From Mobula birostris (Eukaryota): DNA of 64,000 nt. Below the pieces are notes generated by a model. The model saw only the letters and a program-made list of their open reading frames with translations. It was not told the DNA's origin and made no database searches. The stretch lies in NCBI RefSeq assembly GCF_030028105.1, contig NC_092383.1:97797604-97861603 (forward strand), in the 5' to 3' direction. Shown here piece after piece: positions 36,446 through 46,190 of the stretch; within the stretch, counting starts at the first letter, position 1; the number at the start of each line of letters is the position of its first letter. The translations under genes and the position numbers were made by a program.

Positions 36446-37526
36446 CAAAACCTATTCTGATATCTGGGGGACACTTTTCCTTTGCTACATCGACGACTAT
36501 ATTGGTGCTGCTTCCTGCACGCATGCTGAGCTTGTTGACTTCATTAACTTTGCCTCCAACTTTCACCCTGCCCTCAAGTTTACCTGGTCCATTTCTGACA
36601 CCTCCCTCCCCTTTCTACATCCTTCTGTGTGTATCTCTGGAGACAGCTTATCTACTGATGTCTACTATAAGCCTACTGACTCTCTCAGCTATCTGAACTA
36701 CTCCTCTTCTCACCCTGTCTCTTGCAAAAATGCCATCCCCTTCTCGCAATTCCTCTGTCTACGCCGCATCTGCTCTCAGGATGAGGCTTTTCATTCCAGG
36801 ACGAAGGAGATGTCCTCCTTTTTGAAAGAAAGGGGCTTCCTTTCCTCCACCATCAACTCTGTTCTCAAACGCATCTCCCCCATTTCACACACATCTGCTA
36901 TCACTCCATCCTCCCGCCACCCCACTAGGAATAGGGTTCCCCTTGTCCTCAACTACAACCCCACCAGCCTCCGGGTCCAACATATAATTCTCCATAACTT
37001 CTGCCACCTCCAACGGGATCCCACCACTGAGCACATCTTTCCCTCCCCTCCCCATGCTTTCTGCAGGGATCGCTCCCTTCACAACTCCCTGGTCCATTCA
37101 TTCCCCCCCATCCCTCCCCACTGGTCTCCCTCCTGGCACTTATCCTTGTAACTGGAACAAGTGCTAGACATGCCCTTACACCTTCTCCCTCACTGCCATT
37201 CAGGGCTCCAGACAGTCCTTCCAGGTGAGGTGATACCTCACCTGTGAGTCGGCTGGGGTCATATACTGTGTCCGGTGCTCCCGATGCGGCTTTCTAAATA
37301 TTGGTGTGACCCGACACAGGCTGGGAGATCATTTTGCTGAACACCTACGCTCTGTCGGCCAGAGAAAGCAGTATCTCTCAGTGGCCACACATTTTAATTC
37401 CACATCCCATTCCCATTCTGATATGTCTATCCATGGCCTCCTCTACTGTAAAGATGAAACCACACTCAGGTTGGAGGAACAACACCTTATATTCCGTCTG
37501 GGTAGCCTCCAACCTGGTGGCATGAA

Positions 37527-37715
37527 CATGTCACCTTGAAAAGGCAGCTGCAGGCTATTAATCAAGCAAGCTATTAATCTAAACAAACTGCGGGCATATT
37601 CTTCAGCGAAAGCAACAGAATTTGTTCACTAAGACACGTAGGGAGGCACTTAAGTTTTTTAACCCATTATTTACAACAGTCCAAGAATCACATCTTACTT
37701 CCCCAACATCCTTAA
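37527..37715 (-). repeat. Duplicated ~190-bp segment of the ERV LTR embedded in the Penelope copy
   Basis: Aligns by eye to 31857-32047 with about a dozen substitutions and two homopolymer indels; ends in a perfect 20-bp palindrome 37704-37723. Confidence 0.9.
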
Positions 37716-37757
37716 GGATGTTGCTAGTCATTAAGGACTAGCTAGAGCTAACCCAGT

Positions 37758-37795
37758 TAGTCCTGACGAAGGGTCTCGTCCCGAAACGTCGACTG
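37758..37795 (+). ncRNA. Apparently intact minimal type I hammerhead ribozyme
   Basis: TAGTC(37758-62)-CTGACGA(37763-69)-A-GGG TCTCGT CCC-GAAA(37783-86)-CGTC-GACTG; predicted cleavage after C37790. Confidence 0.85.
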
Positions 37796-37892
37796 TACCT
37801 CTCCCTAGAGATGCTGCCTGGCCTGCTGCGTTCTCCAGCAACTTTGATGTGTGTTGCTTGAATTTCCAGCATCTGCAGAATTCCTCGTGTTT

Positions 37893-38030
37893 ACCTTCTC
37901 TCTGAACTTCTTCATCTTCCTCACTTTCAGAGCTCTCTCCACTGTCATTTCTTATTCTTTTATTCCCTTTGTCTCGGTTTTCATCCATCCGTCCCCTCAC
38001 TATCTCATTTACTTTTATTTCTCCCCAGCT
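37893..38030 (-). mobile_element. Probable N-terminal ORF1 fragment of the Nimb element
   Basis: GEIKVNEIVRGRMDENRDKGNKRIRNDSGESSESEEDEEVQREG: basic then acidic/Ser stretch like Nimb ORF1 N-termini, same strand as the Nimb body. Confidence 0.45.
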
Positions 38031-38084
38031 GCCTACCCCGATCCCAAATCCCTATCCCGCTCCTTCCCCACTATCTCCCTCCCC

Positions 38085-39220
38085 CCAATCGCCTTGTCCG
38101 CCATTACCGGACCCGCGCTACCCCCCCCCCCAGCAACTCCCGAACCTTCCCCACTCTCTTTTCCTCAACACCCCCCCGTTGTCCGCCATTACCGGGCGCA
38201 ATTCCCGAACCTTCCCCACTCTCTTTTCCTCAACACCCCCCCATTGTCCGCCATTACCGGGCGCAATTCCCGAACCTTCCCCACGCTCTTTTCCTCAACA
38301 CCCCCCCATCATCTTGTCCACCATTACCGGACCCGCGCGACCCCCCCCCCCCAGCAACTCCCGAACCTTCCCCACTCTCTTTTCCTCAACACCCCCCATC
38401 ACCTTGTCCGCCATTACCGGACCCGCGCGACCCCCCCCCCCACAGCAATTCCAGAACCTTCCCCACTCTCTTTTCCTGAACACCCCCCCCCCCCCGTTGT
38501 CCGCCATTACCGGGCGCAATTCCCGAACCTTCCCCACTCTCTTTTCCTCAACACCCCCCCGTTGTCCGCCATTACCGGGCGCAATTCCCGAACCTTCCCC
38601 ACTCTCTTTTCCTCAACACCCCCCCCCCGTTGTCCGCCATTACCGGGCGCAATTCCCGAACCTTCCCCACTCTCTTTTCCTCAACACCCCCCCGTTGTCC
38701 GCCATTACCGGGCGCAATTCCCGAACCTTCCCCACTCTCTTTTCCTCAACCCCCCCCCCCCGTTGTCCGCCATTACCGGGCGCAATTCCCGAACCTTCCC
38801 CACTCTCTTTTCCTCAACACCCCCCCCCCCGTTGTCCGCCATTACCGGACCCGCGCGATCCCCCCCCCCAGCAACTCCAGAACCTTCCCCACTCTCTTTT
38901 CCTCAACACCCCCCCCCCCCGTTGTCCGCCATTACCGGGCGCAATTCCCGAACCTTCCCCACTCTCTTGCCGTCAACACCCCCCCCCCCATCACCTTGTC
39001 CGCCATTACCGGACCCGCGCGACCCCCCCCCAGCAATTCCCGAACCTTCCCCACTCTCTTTTCCTCAACACCCCCCCCCCGTTGTCCGCCATTACCGGAC
39101 CCGCGCGACCCCCCCCCCCAGCAACTCCCGAACCTTCCCCACTCTCTTTTCCTCAACCCCGCCCCATCATCTTGTCCGCCATTACCGGGCGCAATTCCCG
39201 AACCTTCCCCACGCTCTCTC
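38085..39220. repeat. CpG-rich minisatellite, ~15 units of two variants (~65-70 bp and ~85-90 bp)
   Basis: Core gtccgccattaccgg...cccgaaccttccccactctcttttcctcaacacc(c)n; variant order B A A B B A A A A A B A B B A (A = gggcgcaatt, B = gacccgcgcga(c)n agcaa). Confidence 0.95.
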
Positions 39221-39229
39221 CGTCAACAA

Positions 39230-39800
39230 GTGCCAAGCCACACTCCAGCATGAGGGAAGAGACCGGGTGAACAATAAGGCCGGGCTGCGGGCTCACTAAA
39301 TTCCTGCCTTTCCGAAAGCGCTCGCCGGCTGTAACCCATAACCGGAAACCCTTCCCGTCGTTTTCTCTCGACAGCCTCCGAGAATCTGGATCGCCCGAAG
39401 GCCGGCAGGTGCGGCGCTCTCTCTCCCCAGGATGGTCTCGTCCCTGCTCTCTGTGGCCGTCTGGGTCGCCTGTGTGGGTAAGGTCACCGGTACTGTAGTG
39501 GTTAGAGAGCAGGTTGTACAGCGGTGAGGGAGGGAGTGACCGCGGTGAGCCTTTCAACGCGCTGTGTGTGATCCGAAAGAGGAGTGATTGACCTCGGCCT
39601 CCCTTCACCTTTCCTTCCTCAGCCCCAACCGCAGCCCGAGCTCCGACAATCTCAGGCTCATTTTCTCGCCACCATTTCCGAGGTTTAGTTTCGGTGATGG
39701 GCTCTGCTTGTGGAGCAGTCAGTGCGTCGGGTGTTCACTGCAGGCGGAAGACCTTTCTGCCCGTCGTGGCATTCTCTGGGTCTGCTAGACCACTACGACA
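39230..39800 (+). promoter_or_regulatory. CpG-island-like promoter/first-exon region
   Basis: Non-repetitive GC-rich sequence with many retained CpGs in a window where old repeats are CpG-depleted; surrounds a signal-peptide exon. Confidence 0.5.
39432..39477 (+). CDS. Probable signal-peptide exon of the CD2/SLAM-like receptor
   Basis: ATG at 39432, MVSSLLSVAVWVACV+G, phase-1 donor G|GTAAGG at 39478; splices in frame to 61778 giving MVSSLLSVAVWVACVAGTGA-SPTTV. Linkage across 22.3 kb is inferred. Confidence 0.55.
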
Positions 39801-40221
39801 AACAGACTCATTCATAAGGCCAGTGATGTTGTGGGGATGGAACTGGACTCTCTGACGGTGGTGTCTGAAAAGAGGATGCTGTCCAAGTTGCATGCCATCT
39901 TGGACAATGTCACCCATCCACTACATAATGTACTGGGTGGGCACAGGAGTACATTCAGCCAAAGACTCATTCCTCCGAGATGCAACACAGAGCGTCATAG
40001 GAAGTCATTCCTGCCTGTGGCCATCAAACTTTACAACTCCTTCCTTGGTGGGTCAGACACCCTGAGCCAATAGGCTGGTCCTGGACTTATTTCATAATTT
40101 ACTGGCATGATTTACTTATTACTATTTAACTATTTATGGTTCTATTGCTATTTATTATTTATGGTGCAACTGTAACGAAAACCAATTTCCCCCAGGATCA
40201 ATAAAGTATGACTATGAGACT
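39797..40221 (+). mobile_element. Rex1/Babar 3' fragment
   Basis: ORF 39831-40073 GMELDSLTVVSEKRMLSKLHAILDN..HPLH...RKSFLPVAIKLYN; AATAAA plus (gactat)n tail. Confidence 0.85.
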
Positions 40222-40559
40222 CAAAGCATCCTCCCCTTCCCCCCCCCCACCCCGCCTCATTCTCTGGGTCTGCCAGACCACTACTAGAAGCAGACGCAAA
40301 GCATCCCCTCCCCACCACCTCACTTTTGCTGAGAAGCCTTGGATTATCAGACTCACCCCTCTCTGAAGTGTTCAGAGAGCTCTGTGTTTCTCTCCATAAA
40401 CTCAATCTCTATCCTCCTCTTTTCCCTTTCACTCTCTCTTCCTCCATGAGTAATCTAATGATGACAGAAATAATTTACATCTAACTGTAGGGTTGGAGAG
40501 AAGTGTTGCAGATGGTGCAAACATTCAGAGAATAATTGTGCTGTGGATGTCACTGGCTT

Positions 40560-40885
40560 TCGATAGATAGATACTTTCCTTACTGATTGTGGTCTGCTAG
40601 TCAGGAGGTTAAAGATCGAGTTGCAAAGGGAGGTAGGCGTCTTTACTGGATGAGGAGTCAAATGAGGGGACAGGGTGAAGCAGCCCTGTAGGTGGTGCAA
40701 GAATTGTTTCTGTAGACTGCAGTGAGGGGGAGAACTCCACACAGCAGGGAGAAGGAGATGGTTTGGTCAGGGAGGCTGTGGGATGTGGAGGGTGTTCTCC
40801 TGTATCCTTCCTGGTGGGAGAGGTGACAGGTTTGCAAGGTCCTGTCACAGTAGCTTGGGTGAGTGACTACAGTAGATTTTGCAGA
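40560..40885 (-). mobile_element. Decayed Rex1/Babar 3' fragment
   Basis: Frameshifted similarity to the IY..RC..KA..I..D.SHP...F.LLP terminal region. Confidence 0.5.
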
Positions 40886-41214
40886 TGGTGCACACTGCAC
40901 AGGATTGTGATATTACGGTTACCTGGCTGACTGGCAGCTCAGTGTTCCAGGGTACAGATGCTACGGGTATGATCATGGTAGAGGTAAGAGAGGAACAAGA
41001 GATGTAATATCGATTAGGGAGAACATCACAAAAATACATAAGCTTCAGGAGCAGAATTAGGCCATTTGATCTGTCGAGTTTGCTTTGTCATTCAGTTACG
41101 TTTCTCCTGACTTCACACTGCAATTCGTAACCCCTTGCCAATCAAGATCTCTTACTTAAATAACACCAAAGACCTCCACAGATTTACCACCATCTGTCTG
41201 AAGCAATTGCAGAA

Positions 41215-41530
41215 ATGCACCAGGGGTGCATGAAAAGGAGCTACTCAGGGTGACAACTGAAATTTCAAATGCAGAGTTTCGCAGCAGTTTCTCTGATTTC
41301 AGGAGCAACCAGTCAGCAAGAGGCATTGCAGAAAAAGAGCTACCTTTCAGTCAGATCTGCGTTCGAGATTTAAAAAGCAGAGCTTCAAGCCATTTCTCTC
41401 TGAGTTAGACAATCCACACCAAGGGTGCGTGAAAAGAGCTACTTTGTAATCAGGGCGGCGATCGAGATTTCAAAGGCAGAGTTTTGTGACAGTTTCTCTG
41501 AGTTGAGAGGTGACCAATCAGCAAAAGGCA
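41215..41530 (+). repeat. Degenerate ~100-bp tandem triplication
   Basis: Recurring gaaaa(g)gagctac...gagattt(c)aaa.gcagag..t...tttctct(c)tga(g)tt...cca(a/g)tcagcaa. Confidence 0.65.
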
Positions 41531-41599
41531 GTCCTTTTCACCTCTCTGCTCTTCTGAACCAAAGCACCAGATTCAGTGCTAGACACCGACACCCAGTGG

Positions 41600-41900
41600 T
41601 TTCTGCCTAGTCGTCCATTCTCCTTAAGAGTATCTAAAGTTAGATACTTAATATTGAGCAGAACGGCCACAGGTGTCCTCTGCACTGTGTTCACTTTGGC
41701 TTCTTCTGCTGACAGTCGCCCTGTTACCTGTCTCTTGCAACCTAGAGGTGACTACCTCCCTGTCACTCCTGTTCATCACCTCCTCATTCTCCTGGATGAG
41801 TGGAAGGTCATTGAGCTGCAGTTCCAATTCCTTAATACGTTCAAGACCTGCAGTTGGTACACCTGGTGCAGATGCGTTTATCTGGGAGACTGGAGGTGCC
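41600..41900 (-). mobile_element. CR1 ORF1 fragment (Cys motif plus coiled coil)
   Basis: ICTRCT.LQVL..RIKELELQLNDL.LIQENEEV.NRS.REVVT...TPVAV.LN.KY..LDT. Confidence 0.65.
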
Positions 41901-42479
41901 TGCCGTCAACCCTTAGTCCCTACAAGCAAATTTATGCTGAAAAATGAAATGCTGCCAAGCATACAACCCTCACCACTTTCTTCAAATCGGTGTCATTTCC
42001 TGCTGCCGGCAGTTCTAAGAGTTCTGTGAGTCTTCCTTCACACGTTGCTGTGCTTGATATGATCCTGACGACCACAACCATCCACCTTATCCATGTAAAG
42101 CTGCCTGACACCACAACAACCACTCATCTCCCAGAGCGAACTCAACTGCCACCTTTGGTGAGTACTGTACACCCTAGGATGTTAACTTTCTATGATTTAT
42201 TACATTGAATATTACCTTAAATTGATGAAATATAATACAAATGTTGTCTTGTGGTACTGCTTTTGTGTCGTGTTGGTATGAAAATGTGAATAAATTTCAC
42301 ATAAAACATATTTAGGAAGCCCTCTGGAACGCATCCCTATTTTCTCCATTTAAATAATTATTCATATTATGCGATTTCACATTATGCGTTGACTGCGAGA
42401 AACATATCCCCCGCATATAACTAGGATAGGGTGTAATCCAGTGTCCTCTCTTGCCTCTTTCTTAACCTTTATATACCCC

Positions 42480-43900
42480 CCCAAAAAATAACCTTTTGGA
42501 ATCTTATTTTATTGTCTACTGTGGTATTTCATCTTACAGCTACTTAGGTTGTCCTCAGTTAGGTTTTTACCCTTTTCCCAAACCTCTGGCTTCCCAGAAA
42601 TCTTTGCCATATTGTATGCCTTCTGTTTTGCTTTTATTCTGCCGGTGACACTCCCTTGTCAGCGACCATTTCCTCATCCTCCCCTTGGTGTCCTTCTTCC
42701 TTGGGATGAAATTCTGCTTTCTCCCAGAAACCCTTGCCATTGCTGCTGCACTCTCTTCCGTACTGGGACCCCTTCCAGTCAACTCTGGCCACTACTTTCT
42801 CATGCATTTGTGGTTATCCTTGTTCATCACAAGGAGATGTTGGACAGGTTAGAACTTTACTTAGTGCATAGGAGACAGAGAGATTTCATAGAGGTGTATG
42901 AAATCATGAGGGGCATTGATAGGGTGAATACATTGTCTTTTTTTCTCACTTCAGGAGAATCAAGAACTCGAGGCATAAGTTTAAATGGTGAGGGGAGTGA
43001 TTGAAGAGACACTTAAGGGGCAATTTATATACACGATGCGAAGTATTGATGTGGAATCAGCTGCCAGAGAAAGTGATTGAGGCAGATAAAATAGCAACTT
43101 TTAAAAGTTAGTTGGACAGGTACATGGATTGGAAAGGTTTAAAAGGTTAAGGGCCAAACATGACAGTTGGGATGAGGCATTTTGGTTGGCTTGAACCAGT
43201 TGGATCAAAGTGCCCCCATCTGTGTTGAATGACTCGATAACTAATACCATTACATTAGATTTCAGTTTCCCTGAAGCTGCATGGTGAAGTCTATCAGATT
43301 GTGATCACTGCCTACTAAGGGTTCTATCTCCTTTAGCTCCCTGATAGTCTACCTCTTTACGCAATATCCTGACCTAGACATACCTTTTTCCTTGTGCAAT
43401 CTACCTTATGTCGCTGTGGAAAGCCAGAAATTTGTTTTCCTGGAGTCTTCTGCCAGCCTGATTTTACCCAGTCTACTCTTCTTCCACGATCATTGTAACA
43501 TTGCCTTTCTCATGTTCCTTTTCTATCTTCTGGGAGAAAAAGCACATGAGAAGGGCAGTGTTTCTCACATGCCTTTTGTACCCTCATGCTGATTGCTATT
43601 ATACGCCCTGTACTTAAATCCCTTCAGGGTCTTGTAACCTTTGAAGTTTCTCAACTCTACCCACAAAGATTCTACATCTTCTGATCCTATCATCACTCAG
43701 TGCTATGGGTTTAATTTCATCTTTTTTACCGACAGTGCCACTCCTCCCCTCTGCCTTGCCACCTACCTTTTTGATGGGATGTATATCATTAGATGTTTAG
43801 ACCCCAGCTCTGACCCTCTTTCAGCCACATCTCCATAGTGTCCACAAGCTCGTACCCACCAGTTTTGATCATGCTAATACTTGGAGAGTCTATTTCTGGA
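42480..43900. mobile_element. CR1 fragments (endonuclease/linker on -, 3' end on + at 42830-43240)
   Basis: FIPRKK.TKGRMRKW.LT, RLELY.V.RRQRDFIEVYEIMRGIDRV, decayed APE motifs. Confidence 0.6.
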
Positions 43901-44136
43901 GGGTCATCCAGTGAGGCTATACATGTACAGCTTATAAGGGATGATCACTTTGAGGGATGTACTGTGCTGTAGGTCCCAGTAATCAGTGGGAATTAGAGAA
44001 GTTACAGATAGCTGTAGGAATAATAGGATTGTTACAGGTCCCTGATGGAGACTGCGACTGCCACAGTACCAGGGTATTGAATGGGATGGAATTAGTTGAG
44101 TGTGTCCAGTAAAGCCTTCTGAAGAAATATATAGAT

Positions 44137-45341
44137 CAGCAGTCCCCAACCACCAAGCCACAAAGCATGTGCTCCGGGCCGCGAGGCAACGATATGATTT
44201 GGCGATATGAAACGATAGGAGTGAGCTGCACCTTTCCTCATTCCCTGTCACGCCCACTGTTGAACTTGAACGCACTCGAGGTCATTACCCGCGCATCACC
44301 AAGTCAGCGCTGGAAGGAGATCAACTCCTCGAGCTTGCAAATGACGGCGGGCTGAAAAGTATGTTTGACATAACACCTCTGCCGGCATCCTGGATCAAAG
44401 TCAAGGCTAAATATCCTGAGATAGCCACGAAAGCACTGAAAATGTTGCTTCAATTTCCAACATATCTCTGCAATGAATGCAACGAAAACTAAATTGCGGA
44501 ATAGACTGGACAGAAGGAACCCCTTTCGTGTATCGATGTCTCCCATCACCCCTCGATAGGACCGTCTTGTTGCAAGAAAACAAGCCCAGGGCTCCCACTG
44601 ATTCAGCGATATGGTGTGTTGCAATGATTTTATATGTTCATAGGGGGAAAATATGTGCTGTGTGTTTAATATCCAAACGTTACTTAAAATGTTATGATGC
44701 TATTGACTTATAAGTGACTTATATAACCATATAACAATTACAGCACAGACATAGGCCATCTCTGCCCTGCTAGTCTGTGCCGAATGCTGGTCTCACCTAG
44801 TCCCACCGACCTGCACTCAGCCCATAACCGTCCATTCCTTTCCTGTCCATTTACCTATCCAGTTTTTCTTAGATGATAATATCGAACCTGCCTCTACCAC
44901 TTTTACTGGAACTTCGTTCAACACTTACTTCAAACTCCCCTGTCCTCCCCTGATAATTGACTTATCACTATATTCATGCAAGGAAAATATGCGCTGTATG
45001 TTTAATATTAAATTCGTTAGATAAACCATTTTAGAAACGAATTTGAGTGTATTAGCCATTTATCACCTATATTCTAGCCGTGATTAACACCCCCCCCCCA
45101 CCGAACAGAATCGCCAAAAACAATTTGTAGAAAAAAATAGGCACGTACATGCATGCGCAAGTCACACATGTGCACAGGTGCCCATGCAAGGCTTATGGTC
45201 ATGGTAGTCTTGGTAAACACAACATATTTGACTGCTACTCTTGTCCGTTGGCAACCCTACATCCCACCCCCCCCTCCCCCCCCCCCCCGCCGCCCCGGGG
45301 TCGGCCGGTCTGCAAGAATATTGTCAATAATAAACCGGTCC
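44137..45341 (+). mobile_element. Internally deleted hAT (Charlie/Buster group) DNA transposon
   Basis: Left TIR CAGCAGTCCCCAACC (44137-44151) preceded by ATATAGAT (nnnTAGAn-type target); transposase C-terminus DQLLELANDGGLKSMF...WIKVKAKYPEIATKALK.LL.FPT.YLC...TKTKLRNRLD...SPITPR*DRLVARKQAQGSH*; right end truncated at AAACCGGTCC; CR1 tail inside at ~44740-44920. Confidence 0.85.
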
Positions 45342-45514
45342 TTATATTGGAAGAGATATCAAGTCTCATTATATGGGATACTTTTAAAGCATACATCCAG
45401 GGTCAAATTATTTCTTATACTGCAAACATCATTAAGAAAGCTAACGAAGAGAGAACTGAACTAGCTAATCAGTTAAAATAACTGGATCATAAATATGCTT
45501 CGGTATTAGATTAG

Positions 45515-46190
45515 GTTATGAGAACACTCAGTCCTCTTTTATTGTCATTTAGAAATGCATACAGGCATTAAGAAATGATACAATGTTTCTCCGGAGTGGT
45601 ATCACAGAAAACAGGACAGAAACAGGACAGACCAAAGACTAACACTGACAGAACCACATAATTATAACATATAGTTACAGCAGTGCAAAGCAATACCATA
45701 ATTTGATAAAGAACAGACCATGGGCACAGTAAAAAAAGTCTCAAAGTCCCCGAGTCGATTGACTCCCGAGTCCCCAATAGCAGGCAGCAAAAGGGAGAAA
45801 CTCCCTGCCATAAACCTCCAGGCGCTGTCAACTTGCCGATACCTTGGAAGCAGCCGACCCCAGCCTACGCTGAGTCCATCTGTCCGAAAACTCCGAGCTT
45901 CTGAGCAGCCTCCGGAGCGCCATCCTCTGCCAAGCGCCTTCGACCTCTCCCCGGCTGCTGAAACACGCAAAGCCGAGGATTTCGGGGCCTTCAGCTCCGG
46001 AGATTCCGGTTACCGCACAATAGCAGCGGCAGCAAAGCGGGCATTTCAGAAGTTCTCCAGATGTTCCGCTGTGCTCTCACGTCTGTCTCTATCAAATCAG
46101 AATTGTGCACGGTCCCCTACTTGACAGATAAAAGATATTCATCACCGAAGTGGCCGCGCGCGCTGTTGTCACGCCACCATCTTCTCACCC
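45515..46190 (-). mobile_element. ~670-bp non-coding retroposon (SINE-like), inserted in L1
   Basis: 5' GAGAAGATGG..., CpG-rich body, 3' AATAAAAGAGGACTG...(ataatct)-type tail; interrupts L1 at KYASV|PDAE; related copy at 55555-56170. Confidence 0.7.

Larger units (their letters stand above)
36446..37892 (+). mobile_element. Inverted second Neptune-type Penelope copy (head-to-head with the - copy)
   Basis: ORF 36318-37151 (YIDDY...), GIY-YIG VIYCVRCSRCGFLNIGVT.HRLGDHFAEHL, pLTR tail to ~37892; ~310 bp replaced by an ERV LTR fragment. Confidence 0.9.

Noticed and set aside
38085-39220. CRISPR-like array
   Set aside because: Eukaryotic context; units are contiguous near-identical repeats with no unique spacers
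37851-39299. Long Pro-rich ORFs (482, 433 and 207 aa)
   Set aside because: They run through the minisatellite, whose unit lacks stop codons in all three + frames; an artefact of the repeat
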